This document shows positions 49,352 to 59,800 of a stretch of DNA of 64,000 bases, piece by piece (the stretch's first letter is position 1; every line of letters begins with the position of its first letter). The notes under the pieces were generated by a model. That model was not told the DNA's origin. It worked only from the letters and a program-made list of their open reading frames with translations, and did no database searches. The translations under genes were made by a program, and so were the position numbers. The stretch is from an uncultured Phycisphaerales bacterium (GTDB lineage: Bacteria; Planctomycetota; Phycisphaerae; Sedimentisphaerales; Anaerobacaceae): the NCBI GenBank assembly GCA_963718665.1, contig OY970359.1, positions 672,001 to 736,000 on the forward strand. Reading direction: 5' to 3'.

Positions 49352-51277
49352 TTAGCCGCCGGCGGCCGGCTGCTGCGATTGGCCGGATCGCATTTGAGTC
49401 AGGTGAATATTGTAAGCCGCCAAAATGTCCTGGCGGCTAATTATGCCGATTACAGAATTATGTTCTTTATCTCCGACTACCGGTAGCTCGTCATAGGGCA
49501 TCTTGGCGAATTGAATCATAGCAACAGAAAGGTCTGTATCAGGCCAGAGTGGTTCTATGTTTGTTATAAGTAAATCTTGAGCAATGGCAACTTGTTCAAA
49601 CTGATGGTCGTAGAGGAACTCTCGGACATCTGACAAGCTGATTAGACCTTTATATTTCCCATCGGAATCTATTACAGGAAAAATCGTTTGTGTTGTCTGG
49701 GGAATTAACTCCAGAAGCTTCTGAAGCGGCATATCCAGCGGAATGGTAACAATCTTTTTGTTTGCCGGCTGCCAGATTTTATCTATGGTCAAGCCATCGA
49801 GCACGCCGATAACAAGGTCCCCGCGATGAGCCGGAGAATCCAGGCGAGTAGAAACTTGTTCGTGATAAATGGTCCAGCCGTGACTAAGAGCATAAGCCAG
49901 TGCCGACACCCACATTGCAGGCAGGAGCAGTTCATAACCGGATGTCAGTTCCGACACCATTATAATGGTGCTGACGGGCGTTTTTGCGGCGGCTGAAAAA
50001 AAACCGGCCATTCCCAGTATTACGAACACATCTATCCGTGTGACTGTCGAAGGCATCCAGTACTGCAGTATCAGCCCCAGCGCTCCGCCGAGACTGCCGC
50101 CGATAACCATACTTGGCCCGAACACTCCGCCGGAACCGCCCGAGCCGATGGTTAGTGATGTCGTGAAAATCTTACCCAAACCCACAGCCAATAGCAGGAC
50201 AATCAGCGTTCCCGAACCATAATGCATCTGGTCGGAGAGCAGTTTTTGAAGTATGCCGTAACCGAACGACAACGTGCTGAGGCTGCTGTTGCTGACTTCC
50301 TGCCCTAATGGGAGAAGAAGATAAAAAATACCCAGTGCCAGCAGCCCCGTCGCCAGCGCTCCTATTGCCGGTTTAAAGTGAGGCGGTATCCTGAGTCGCT
50401 TGAACATACCCTGTACCCCATAGAACGACCGGACATATAACCACGACACGACCGCCATTAAAACAGCCAGCACAGTCAATGGGATAAGCAATAAAGGATT
50501 GTTGAACTTCAAACCGCTTTGAATGGTAAATATCGGTTCAAAGCCCATCCTCGTCCCAGAAATATAGAGTGTACACAGCCCGTATGTGCAGTAAGCCATT
50601 GTGCATGAGATGAAGGCTGGAATCAATGCCTCTGCCTCGAAATCCTCGTCACGGTACAATACTTCTATGGCGAAAATCGCGCCTGCTAACGGCGCTTTGA
50701 ATATAGCGGCTATGCCTGCCCCCATCCCCGCCGCAAGCAGTATGCGCCTCTGCGACTCTGAAAGTTTCAACATCCTCGCCAGATAAGACCCGAAACCGGC
50801 TCCTATTTGAGCAATAGGTCCTTCTCTTCCCCCTGAGCCGCCCGTGCCTATCGTGATGGCCGAGCAAATTATCTTGACTAACGGAACACGCACGCGAATC
50901 AGGCCTCTATCGTGGTGGTAGGCCCTGATGGCCGCATCAGTTCCATGGCCCTCTGCTTCAGGCGCCAGCGAATACACTATTATGCCGGATATTAATCCGC
51001 CGATGGTAATGACAACGAGTAACATCCATGGCACAAAGGTGCCGAATAAAGGATGAAGGTGTTTGTACATATCCCATTCGCCCAGAGGGGCAGTCGGCTT
51101 ATAGCCCGCCGCAAGTTCCAGAGTATAATTTATGACCAGATGCGACAGCAGTTGAAACACTACCGCACCAAGTCCTGCTACTATGCCGACCACGCTGACC
51201 ATAGCAATGAGTTTTCCCATCGAGCGAAGATGGCTGGTCCTAACATGCGGGTGTTGCTTGATTTTTGCTTCTTTCAT
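49352..51277 (-). CDS. ClC chloride channel/antiporter with CBS domains
   Basis: GHGTD, GSGGREGP, FKAPLAG, GGSGGVFGP; C-terminal CBS pair. Confidence 0.93.
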   Translation of the reverse strand: MKEAKIKQHPHVRTSHLRSMGKLIAMVSVVGIVAGLGAVVFQLLSHLVINYTLELAAGYKPTAPLGEWDMYKHLHPLFGTFVPWMLLVVITIGGLISGIIVYSLAPEAEGHGTDAAIRAYHHDRGLIRVRVPLVKIICSAITIGTGGSGGREGPIAQIGAGFGSYLARMLKLSESQRRILLAAGMGAGIAAIFKAPLAGAIFAIEVLYRDEDFEAEALIPAFISCTMAYCTYGLCTLYISGTRMGFEPIFTIQSGLKFNNPLLLIPLTVLAVLMAVVSWLYVRSFYGVQGMFKRLRIPPHFKPAIGALATGLLALGIFYLLLPLGQEVSNSSLSTLSFGYGILQKLLSDQMHYGSGTLIVLLLAVGLGKIFTTSLTIGSGGSGGVFGPSMVIGGSLGGALGLILQYWMPSTVTRIDVFVILGMAGFFSAAAKTPVSTIIMVSELTSGYELLLPAMWVSALAYALSHGWTIYHEQVSTRLDSPAHRGDLVIGVLDGLTIDKIWQPANKKIVTIPLDMPLQKLLELIPQTTQTIFPVIDSDGKYKGLISLSDVREFLYDHQFEQVAIAQDLLITNIEPLWPDTDLSVAMIQFAKMPYDELPVVGDKEHNSVIGIISRQDILAAYNIHLTQMRSGQSQQPAAGG

Positions 51278-51530
51278 CTAACGCATTTTACAAGCGAGAC
51301 CGATTCCCGGCAACTAACCTTTTGTCCAAATTTCTCCTGGATTAGTAGAAAAAACCGAGACGTCTGTGGCAAAGAAAAATAATTGCTTCTTTTTGTCTAA
51401 CCGCCTATTATTTTATGAACTTTTTGTGCATTTTTGTGGTTATATAAATTTCTCTGTGACCTCTGTGTGCTCTGTGGCTAAAACACGGAGCGAAGCGACG
51501 AGCCCGTTTCGGAAACTCTGTGGCTAAACA

Positions 51531-51824
51531 ATGGAGACGCAAATGTTCAAGGTAAATGAATACTTCGGCGGAAAGGTTAAATCCATCACCTTCAAGACAA
51601 ATCAATCCCCCGCCACCGTCGGCGTCATCGCCCCGGGCGAATACGAGTTCGGCACATCAACCGTCGAAATTATGACCGTCATCACAGGCAAACTCTCCGC
51701 ACTTTTACCTGATAGCGCAAAATGGGCCGACTTCGGCCCCGGCAAATCATTCACCGTCCCCGCCAACAAGAAATTCAAGGTAAAAGCCGACGAGGATACA
51801 AGCTACCTTTGCCTCTATTCGTAG
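51531..51824 (+). CDS. ppnP: Pyrimidine/purine nucleoside phosphorylase (YaiE)
   Basis: [34 protein letters not shown]. Confidence 0.92.
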   Translation: METQMFKVNEYFGGKVKSITFKTNQSPATVGVIAPGEYEFGTSTVEIMTVITGKLSALLPDSAKWADFGPGKSFTVPANKKFKVKADEDTSYLCLYS

Positions 51825-51959
51825 CGTAGCGAAGACCCCCGCGTCTCGTTTTACGAAGCCACGCCTTGCGGGGCAAAGTAAAACGGCGGGGGGGTAGCAT
51901 TGCCTCCCCCGCCAAACACTCAAGCCAACCAATTTCTACTGGTGCTTGATTAAAATGCT

Positions 51960-51991
51960 CATAGTCCTTTTGACTAATCAAAAGGACTATG
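51960..51991. repeat. 32-bp palindrome, copy 1
   Basis: CATAGTCCTTTTGA-CTAA-TCAAAAGGACTATG. Confidence 0.9.
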
Positions 51992-52056
51992 GATAATATA
52001 TTCACATCTATTTATGAATATGCCTGTTTGGTAAAGTGTCCAATAGTGCCGGCGAT

Positions 52057-52299
52057 TTAAATTCCCGCTCTCTGCGTCATTTGAATAAATTCCAGGATAA
52101 TCCTCGCCTTACCCTTGACCCCCGCCTTGCGAAAAATATTCCCAAGATGAGCACGCACCGTATTATACTCAATGCGAAGTTCTTTTCCTATCTGCTCATT
52201 GTCCATGCCGTCGCAGACCAGTTTGGCAACCTCCACCTCTCGCCGCGTCAAATGCCATATCTTACTCAGATACTCCCACTGCTTTGCCGTGAAGACCAT
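52057..52299 (-). CDS. Stand-alone LuxR-type HTH protein
   Basis: LTRREVEVAKLVCDGMDNEQIGKEL...TVRAHLGNIFRK; 80 aa. Confidence 0.88.
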   Translation of the reverse strand: MVFTAKQWEYLSKIWHLTRREVEVAKLVCDGMDNEQIGKELRIEYNTVRAHLGNIFRKAGVKGKARIILEFIQMTQRAGI

Positions 52300-52326
52300 A
52301 TCTCAATCCCCATAATATAAAAAGTT

Positions 52327-52358
52327 CATAGTCCTTTTGATTAGTCAAAAGGACTATG
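52327..52358. repeat. 32-bp palindrome, copy 2 (exact reverse complement of copy 1)
   Basis: CATAGTCCTTTTGA-TTAG-TCAAAAGGACTATG. Confidence 0.9.
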
Positions 52359-52538
52359 AACATAATACACTTCCATGCTGTGAGTATCCATATTTGTTTT
52401 TAAATAAATGAACTGCCTTTTCTCAATCCCCAAAAACGCGACACGAAGCAAAACGAAGAGCCCCCCTCGGGAATCCGCGTAATTCGTGGCTTAAAATATC
52501 GCTGCGGTCTCAGCGTCCTCTGCGGTAAGATGAATTCA

Positions 52539-53174
52539 TCAACACGGTAAGTTCTGAACATACCGTTTGGCGATTTCGATAATCGCTTTCCAGTCGCCCT
52601 TCTCGATAAATTCTTTTCTCACGACTGATGTGCCGATGCCGATAGCCACGCATCCCACTGCGAAAAATTCCGCCATATTCTCAGGCCGCACCCCATCGAC
52701 CGCCACAAAATCCACATCGTCAATCGGCCCCCGCAGCGCCTTTATGTAATTTACGCCGAGAGCGGAGGCGGGGAAGATTTTGACCATTTTCGCTCCGTGC
52801 CTTTTGGCGGCGAGAATCTCGGTAGCTGTCGCGGCCCCAGGCAAAATCGCAATATCATTTTTGACGCAATAATCAATCACCTCAGTATTGGTATCCGGCG
52901 CAATGATAAATTCCGCACCCGCCTTGAGCGCCTTTTGGGCTAATTGCGTCGTTATTACGGTCCCAGCGCCGATGCACATTTTGCCGCCCATCTTATCGCG
53001 GAGCATCTTTACCATTTCAAAGACGCCGTCGGTGTTGCAGGTAACTTCGAGCATTTTGATGCCGCCCGCGAGAATCGCTTCCGCAAGATTAACAACCTGG
53101 TCAATCCTGACGCCTCTCGCTATGGCGATTATCTTCTCTTCGCGTATGAGTTTGTAAACCTTTTCCGCCCGCAT
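52539..53174 (-). CDS. eda: KDPG/KHG aldolase
   Basis: IIAIARG, LEVT, IGAGTV, PGAATATE, VKIFPA; start taken at MRAEK. Confidence 0.9.
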   Translation of the reverse strand: MRAEKVYKLIREEKIIAIARGVRIDQVVNLAEAILAGGIKMLEVTCNTDGVFEMVKMLRDKMGGKMCIGAGTVITTQLAQKALKAGAEFIIAPDTNTEVIDYCVKNDIAILPGAATATEILAAKRHGAKMVKIFPASALGVNYIKALRGPIDDVDFVAVDGVRPENMAEFFAVGCVAIGIGTSVVRKEFIEKGDWKAIIEIAKRYVQNLPC

Positions 53175-53294
53175 ATAATCTCCAACAAATTTCTTAACTG
53201 CCCATTTTGCCAACGATTATACCCACCTCTTGCCAAACGTCAATTTCCGCCAGTCCTCCGCAATTGCGAGTGCGATTCGAGTTTGATTCGGCGG

Positions 53295-53362
53295 GGCCCT
53301 TCGACGACTGTTCGACTTTGCTCACAACAGGCAAGCTCAGGGTAAACAAGCCCCGCCCTACG
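53295..53362. repeat. Nested short palindromic repeats (CCCTTCGAC...GCTCAGGG family) plus a REP half
   Basis: CCCTTCGAC[...GTTCGACTTTGCTCACAACAGGC]AAGCTCAGGGTAAAC, then AAGCCCCGCCCTAC. Confidence 0.6.
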
Positions 53363-53611
53363 ATTATTATGAAAACTCTCAAAAGGTCTTATAAAAACAG
53401 CGTAATCATCGAAATAATGCGGGCTTATCGACGAAAAACCACAAGGCATATCGATACCCCCTATAAAACACCGTGCAATTGCACTAAAAAACGGGTTTTC
53501 ATAATAATTTTTTTATGCTTGACAAACCCCCTATCCGACAGTTAAATTAGGGCAATGAGGTAATTTAGATAGACCGGTGAAGCAAGGGTAAATAAAACAG
53601 GAGAGTGTGAT

Positions 53612-54190
53612 ATGAAGGAGCTATTCACAACTGGAGAGGCAGCAGAAATTTGCCGGGTCAGCCAACAGACAATAATTCGCTGTTTTGATTCGGGTCGGCT
53701 GGAGGGTTTCCGTGTGCCCGGGTCGAAGTTCAGAAGAATCCCCCGCGAAAGCTTAGTAAAATTCATGAAGGACAATGCCATACCATTGGACGGTATGGAG
53801 ACGGGGAAAAAGAAGGTGTTGGTCGTCGATGATGACGCTGAAATCGTCGATTTGCTGGTTGAGGTGCTGTCGCATGACGGCCGATTCGACGTCAAGACGG
53901 CCACCAGCGGATATGAAGCCGGGATACAGACGCAGCGGTTCAGGCCTGATTGCATACTGCTGGATTATATGCTGCCTGATGTAAACGGGAACGTGGTTTG
54001 CCATACCATCCGGAAAAACCCGGAGTTCGAGAACATAAAGATTATCATCGTAAGCGGGGTAATAAAGCAGGAAGAAATAGACCAGCTATTGAAGTCCGGG
54101 GCACAGGATTTTGTGAAGAAGCCGTTCGATATTAATGATTTGATAAATAGAATTTGTGCTACGCTTGAAATGCTGCAAAAAAGCGCATAG
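53612..54190 (+). CDS. Response regulator with N-terminal excisionase-like HTH
   Basis: FTTGEAAEICRVSQQTIIRCFDSG; receiver VLVVDDD, LLDYMLP, KKPF. Confidence 0.93.
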   Translation: MKELFTTGEAAEICRVSQQTIIRCFDSGRLEGFRVPGSKFRRIPRESLVKFMKDNAIPLDGMETGKKKVLVVDDDAEIVDLLVEVLSHDGRFDVKTATSGYEAGIQTQRFRPDCILLDYMLPDVNGNVVCHTIRKNPEFENIKIIIVSGVIKQEEIDQLLKSGAQDFVKKPFDINDLINRICATLEMLQKSA

Positions 54191-54269
54191 TGCCGGCTGG
54201 TTGGCACATCTGTAAAAACCTGCTTGGGGAAGCACCGAAAATTGTCAAGAAAGCAGCGATAGCTGATAT

Positions 54270-56543
54270 GTGAGGATGGGCAATATGCCGGAACAAAATC
54301 CGGACAATTCCGCCGGCCGCAGGGTCGAGCTTGCGGTGGGTCAGTGTGAATCAATCTCAATTCTGCCCTCGGTGGCGTCGCGGTTTCTGACGCAGCTTGG
54401 CAGGATGGAGCTTACCCCAGGGTCGCTGGCAGAGCTTGTGGAATCCGACCCGGCGATTACGGCGTTGATACTGCGATTCTGCCACAACAAGGGAATCGTA
54501 ATCAAACAATGCGATACGTGGCTTTTGCAGGTAATGGAAAACATATCACTGCGGGAGATTCGGGACGCGGTTTTGTCGGCAGAGGTTTTCGGGGGATTGT
54601 CGGACGACGGGGGGAGCGATTTCAGGAAAGAATTGACCCGTCATTCATTAGCGTCGGCCTGCTGCGCCAAACAATTAGCGAAACTTGTATCGCCTGCAAT
54701 TGACGGTGATACCGCTTACTTAGCAGGTTTGCTGCACGATATAGGCAAATTCCTGCTCGATGAAGTGATGCCGAAAAGTTTCGATACGCTGCTTGAACAG
54801 GCGAAGACAGGCAAAACGAGTTTTTGCCAGGTCGAGCAGGCCAATTTCGGTATTGACCATACGATATTAGCCAAGCGATTCGCGCAGAGTATTCGTCTGC
54901 CGAGCGATATTATATTGGGGGTTTGGCTGCATCACAGTCACGCGGGGGCGATACCGCGGATGCCGCAGGCGAGGATAGCCGGAATTGTGGAGGTTGCGGA
55001 TATTATCGTTCGCGGGGCGGGTATCGGCGAATCGGGCAATTACGAGGAGCAGCTCTCGGCTGAAGTAATTGCGGGGACATTGGGGCTAACAGCCGAACAG
55101 GTGAAACAGGTTGAGCAACAGCTGCCCGATCTGGTCCAGCAAAAAAGCGAAGCGGTGGGGCTGAACATCCTGAAGCCGGGGTGGGCATATTGCGACGCAT
55201 TGCGAACCACGGCGGGACAATTAGCTTCCGACAGCTCGAAATTATTCGAGGAAAGCTCACGGCTGCAAAGCAGCGCGAGTTATTTCGATTTTATAAAAGA
55301 GCTGACACCAAAAATCAACTCATCCATGCCTGCGATCGAGCTGGCGAAAAATTACGCATTAGTATGGCAGAATTTTTATCATACAGGACCTGTGTGTGTT
55401 TATCTTACCGACCAGCTCGAAGAAGGCATCGTCGAAGGGGTAGTTGCTGAGAACCAAGCAAGCGCAAAAACAATTTTGCTTGAAGTGCCCGGCGACGCGG
55501 AATTAATCCCGCAGCCGATGAGTGAAAAATTTGTAGTATTGGACGCTGAAGATAATATCGATTGGCTGTTCGAGCAGTGCGACGTCAAGTTCGACCTGAG
55601 CCGGACCAAGATTGCCCCACTTCAGGCAGATGAACGAACTGTTGGAATAATCATATTCGAGCTTCGCCACCCAGCGGGAGGCGATATCGCTGAACGATTC
55701 GGGCCTGCGGCGAGATTTGGGGGCACAATCCTCGATATGCTGGAGACAATCGGCAGCCAGCAATGGTATGCGGAACGGTTTGCGCAAGCGATGGGAAGCC
55801 AGCGTTCAGCGGACAGCGTTCAGCGGACAGCGTTCAGCGGGCAGCGTACAGCGGACAGGGAACTGAAAACAGAAAACGGTTCGGAGGCGATGGTGGAAAT
55901 GGCGGCGGGAGCAGCACACGAATTGAATAATCCGCTGTCGGTTATTTCGGGACGGGCACAGTTATTAGCCAAAAGCGAAAACGACCCAGACAGAAAACGC
56001 ATCTTAGAGCAGATTCAGCAAAACGCGGGCGAACTTTCGGCGATTATCGACGACCTGATGAGCTACGCAAACCCGGAACAGCCGAGGGCAACCGAAACAG
56101 CCGTGGGACAAATAATCAATGACGCGATTGATTTGACAAAACAGAAAAAGCAAATGAATCAACTCGATATCAAAATTGATATTACGACTGATACGCCGGT
56201 GGTTTTTGTTGACTCGGCGCAGATTGCCTGCGCGATATCAAACATTCTCTGCAATGGTCTTGAGGCATATCCGTCTCAAGCGGGTCCGATTGTAATAGAG
56301 GTTACAGCCGACAAAACAAATAATACTGTGAGTATGCAGGTGATTGACTCAGGCGGGGGTATGGATGAGCAGACGCTTGCCAAAGCGACGCATCCGTTCT
56401 TTTCGGCAAGGCCTGCGGGCAGGAAACGCGGAATGGGCCTTGCACATGCGCAACGGCTGATAGAGATTAACCACGGAAAACTTTCATTAGCGAGCCAGCC
56501 GGATAAAGGAACGACGGCTACTGTGACGCTACCCAGCGTATAG
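54270..56543 (+). CDS. HDOD-domain sensor histidine kinase
   Basis: ESDPAITALIL, AGLLHDIGK, DHT, HH; AHELNNPL, NILCNG, DSGGGM, PFFS, GMGLA. Confidence 0.92.
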   Translation: MRMGNMPEQNPDNSAGRRVELAVGQCESISILPSVASRFLTQLGRMELTPGSLAELVESDPAITALILRFCHNKGIVIKQCDTWLLQVMENISLREIRDAVLSAEVFGGLSDDGGSDFRKELTRHSLASACCAKQLAKLVSPAIDGDTAYLAGLLHDIGKFLLDEVMPKSFDTLLEQAKTGKTSFCQVEQANFGIDHTILAKRFAQSIRLPSDIILGVWLHHSHAGAIPRMPQARIAGIVEVADIIVRGAGIGESGNYEEQLSAEVIAGTLGLTAEQVKQVEQQLPDLVQQKSEAVGLNILKPGWAYCDALRTTAGQLASDSSKLFEESSRLQSSASYFDFIKELTPKINSSMPAIELAKNYALVWQNFYHTGPVCVYLTDQLEEGIVEGVVAENQASAKTILLEVPGDAELIPQPMSEKFVVLDAEDNIDWLFEQCDVKFDLSRTKIAPLQADERTVGIIIFELRHPAGGDIAERFGPAARFGGTILDMLETIGSQQWYAERFAQAMGSQRSADSVQRTAFSGQRTADRELKTENGSEAMVEMAAGAAHELNNPLSVISGRAQLLAKSENDPDRKRILEQIQQNAGELSAIIDDLMSYANPEQPRATETAVGQIINDAIDLTKQKKQMNQLDIKIDITTDTPVVFVDSAQIACAISNILCNGLEAYPSQAGPIVIEVTADKTNNTVSMQVIDSGGGMDEQTLAKATHPFFSARPAGRKRGMGLAHAQRLIEINHGKLSLASQPDKGTTATVTLPSV
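55800..55862 (+). repeat. In-frame heptamer tandem repeat (CAGCGNN)x9
   Basis: cagcgtt cagcgga cagcgtt cagcgga cagcgtt cagcggg cagcgta cagcgga cagggaa. Confidence 0.85.
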
Positions 56544-56992
56544 CGGACAGCGTTCAAAAAAGACACCAGACCATAAAGAGCGTACAGCGGGCAGTCCTTC
56601 AATTCAAAAATCAAAATGCAAAAAGTAAAAATGTGGTATCCTTAAGGGATGATTTTGCAACTGTGTAAAGCGGATAGCGGGCAGTGGGTAGGATGTCAGT
56701 TTTAAGTGTTTAGTGTTTAGTGTTTAGTTTTGAGTTAGGAGGATGCGGAAGATTAAAAAACTTGCTTTTATTGCCGGTTTGACGATATATTGGCAATTTA
56801 TGGCTGGAATAAATATCTTTTGACACTGATTAACACGGATTGACACGGTCTTATTAACAACGGAAATAAAACTTAGTGCCTTAGGGGCTTTGTGGTAGTA
56901 GAAGATAAAAATTACGGCAGGATGAAAAATGGCGAAAATAGGAAATCGCCCTTAGTTTTCCTATTTTCAACAAAAAGAGGATTTTTGGCAAG

Positions 56993-57895
56993 ATGACGAA
57001 AAACGGTAACAATCAATTACTTCGAGAATTTAGTAATGAGGACATTAAGAACGCGGTGTATAATATGTTCAAATTTTTGCGGCCCGTAAGTGATGAAAGA
57101 ATATATCATTATACTACACTCAGTGCTTTTAAAGGAATTTTAGAAAGTCGGTCATTGCACTTAAGTCACATTTTATGCTCAAATGATTATACCGAGTTTG
57201 AAAATGGGATCAAATTTTTTTGGGAAGACTGGTTAAGTTCAGCAAAAGAAAAATTTAGTAATCTGACTAGCTGCATTAAAAATCATGAGTCACTTAAAGA
57301 AACTCTTTTGAACGCACACAACAAAACCAACCATTCTTGTTTTTTCTCCTGTTGTTTTGGTGAAAAAGGCAACGATAAGTTAAATCAATGGAGAGTTTAT
57401 GCACAGGACGGATTTGGGGTTGCTATAGGGTTTGATACGCAGGTAATGTTAGAAATATGTAGATTAAAGGGTTTTTTTCTTGGAAAATGTCTCTACCTGA
57501 AAGACGATAAAATCAAGGCGTGCGATACGTTAGCCGAGCAATTGCAACATGATATCAAGAATAAGAATTTTCGAGACCTTTTAATGATAGACACGCAAAT
57601 TTTCAGTTTGTTTGCTAAAGATGAATGTTTTGAGGAAGAACGAGAAGCACGGATCGCAACGCACCCCATAAATATAAGTCTGGATATTAAAGAAAGAAAC
57701 AATCGGTTAGTGGCATTTTATGCTTTAGACATAAAAGAAGTAATGACGAATCTTATAAGAGAAGTGAGAATAGGTCCCTCCCATAAATCTTACGAAATAC
57801 GTAAAATGATAGAAATCCTATTAGAAAAAGCAGGAATTGTTAATTGCGTTATAAAAGAATCAAATATCCCATACCGAAGTTATAAGATCCAATGA
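56993..57895 (+). CDS. DUF2971-like protein (AT-rich accessory gene)
   Basis: IYHYT, SND..E, QWRVYA..G.GVAIGF, K..CFEEEREAR, VRIGP. Confidence 0.8.
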   Translation: MTKNGNNQLLREFSNEDIKNAVYNMFKFLRPVSDERIYHYTTLSAFKGILESRSLHLSHILCSNDYTEFENGIKFFWEDWLSSAKEKFSNLTSCIKNHESLKETLLNAHNKTNHSCFFSCCFGEKGNDKLNQWRVYAQDGFGVAIGFDTQVMLEICRLKGFFLGKCLYLKDDKIKACDTLAEQLQHDIKNKNFRDLLMIDTQIFSLFAKDECFEEEREARIATHPINISLDIKERNNRLVAFYALDIKEVMTNLIREVRIGPSHKSYEIRKMIEILLEKAGIVNCVIKESNIPYRSYKIQ

Positions 57896-57984
57896 AGTAT
57901 ACTATCTTATATGAAGAGATAGCCAGTACAACAATCATAATCCAACCATTTTCCCAACTTGGCACTGCGCGATGGGGTTGAGAA

Positions 57985-58470
57985 AGTAATCCGCCTGCGG
58001 CAGATAAACCCTGCCACTCGCAGAGTAACCCCTTAATAAATTGAGGGGCTAAATTTCTGGATTCCGCAACAGGTGCGGAGTGACAAAAACCCCTGTGAGA
58101 TAGGCAAGGCCATCTAGCCCCGGCCTACGAATTTTAAGACCCTGCCCACCCCTGCCAACGACATGCTGGGACAGGCAGGAGGCAGGACTAACCAAAAAGT
58201 AATCCTCGCGAGTGCAACCCCGGCCAGAGACCGGGGCTATATACAAACACCCGATGGGGGCGTTGAAGAGAAAATATCGCCGCCGTTCCGGCGGCGGCTA
58301 AACAATAAGAAATAAACCTCTGTGAGACAGGCCACAGTGGGATAACGGAAACCGTATCCCACGTGGTAAACAATCTCACGGGGTAAGCCCCGGCATACGA
58401 ATTACCCCCAGGCGGGCCTGGGGGCTAACCGATAAGAAATAACCCCGGCCGCAGGAGCCGGGGCTAACCG
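57985..58470. repeat. Mosaic cluster of REP-like hairpins
   Basis: Five GC-rich hairpins ending in GGCTA(A), plus several short direct repeats. Confidence 0.75.
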
Positions 58471-58689
58471 AAACAGTTAAGTCCTAAAAACAGTGAGTTT
58501 GGGGGGGAAACAAACCGCAAACGATACAATCGGCATAGGGGTAACGCAATAAAACTGATAGGACGTTAGTTATGGGGCTGGTGTGGCTTAAAACAGGCGG
58601 GTAAAGCCAAGGGCGGGAAAGGTCGATTTTTAAGGTGTGGGAAGGGACACCGACCATCAATAACTTTATGATTTTTAAGCGAGGACGCG

Positions 58690-59338
58690 GTGAACGACGA
58701 AAGACGAAATAAACGGCTGCGCCTGTTGATCAGGAAATTTAACAAGCAGCGTAAAAAGCAGGCAAAGCAAATTGATATTCTTTGCAATGATATTATGACG
58801 GCGCACAAGGACTTTCTAAAGGCGCTGCGCAATCGGCTTCGCAGCGGACTTTTACAACGCGATAATCGGTATTACCGACCTGAACGAATTACTTTGCACC
58901 GCGGGCAGCTACATCCAGAAGCATACGCCTGACGTACATATAGCGTTTTTCCTGCTTGCCCAGAGCGGAGTCGAGGGGGCGCAGCCGGATAATTTCGAGC
59001 TGCATGTGTTCGAGAGCGACTTAGCCATTGACCTCGATGACAGGCGGGTGGAAAACTTTTTTAACACCGAATTAGTCACCAATATCAGCAAATCCAACCA
59101 GATTTGCACAGTCGAAGATATGGTGGGAATGGGACTTCAATGCTCTCCCGTGTTCTTAGAGAAAATCTCGACGGCTGCGATACCATTAGCGACGGCGGGC
59201 AGCTCAATGGGTTTTATGCTCGTCTATCGGTCATCGCGTAATCCGCTGACAGCCGAAGAGCTTAAATCCTTGGCGCAGATTACACCCGGACTGGCACGTT
59301 CAATCGCATCCTGCCGGAACCTTATCAGCAGTATCTAA
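58690..59338 (+). CDS. Hypothetical protein (coiled coil + GAF-like domain), frameshifted near 58828
   Basis: ORF 58690 continues in the +1 frame (IGFAADFYNAIIG...ELHVFE) into ORF 59006-59338; adding GC joins them. Confidence 0.7.
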
Positions 59339-59441
59339 TTGTTTCTGAAACGCCAAAAGCCCTCCCCAAAACAGTTGCACAAACCCCAATATCCTGCGCA
59401 TAATAACGGCGTAAAATAACTGACGCCGGAGAGCTTCAAAT

Positions 59442-59762
59442 ATGGCAGGCAAAAACGAAACAAGCGAAGAGGCCTTTGAGACGGTCGAGCCGGTAGGCAA
59501 ACGAGTGCTTATCCGCAAAGACGAGGACAAAAAACAGACCAAGGGCGGGATTCAACTGCCGGACAATATCGAGATTCCCACAATAACGGGCAGAATCGTG
59601 GCGATATCGGCTGAGGTTGAAAATATGCCGGAGATACCGCTTGCAAAATACGACAAGGTGCTGTTCAATCCCAAGGGGGCCATACCTGTTGACTTCGAGG
59701 GAAATAACCGGCTGTTTGTGGTAGAGGTTGAGAACGTCGTGGCGGTATTCAGAAAGACATAG
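59442..59762 (+). CDS. groES: GroES-family co-chaperonin (no adjacent groEL)
   Basis: EPVGKRVLIR, TKGGIQLPD, GRIVAI, DKVLF. Confidence 0.85.
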   Translation: MAGKNETSEEAFETVEPVGKRVLIRKDEDKKQTKGGIQLPDNIEIPTITGRIVAISAEVENMPEIPLAKYDKVLFNPKGAIPVDFEGNNRLFVVEVENVVAVFRKT

Positions 59763-59800
59763 CCGGCTTATCGCGGCAATTATTGAAACGCGGATAAAAA

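Noticed and set aside
57985..58470. CRISPR array or integron attC array
   Set aside because: Repeats are not identical or regularly spaced, there are no cas or integrase genes, and no cassette ORFs lie between the hairpins.
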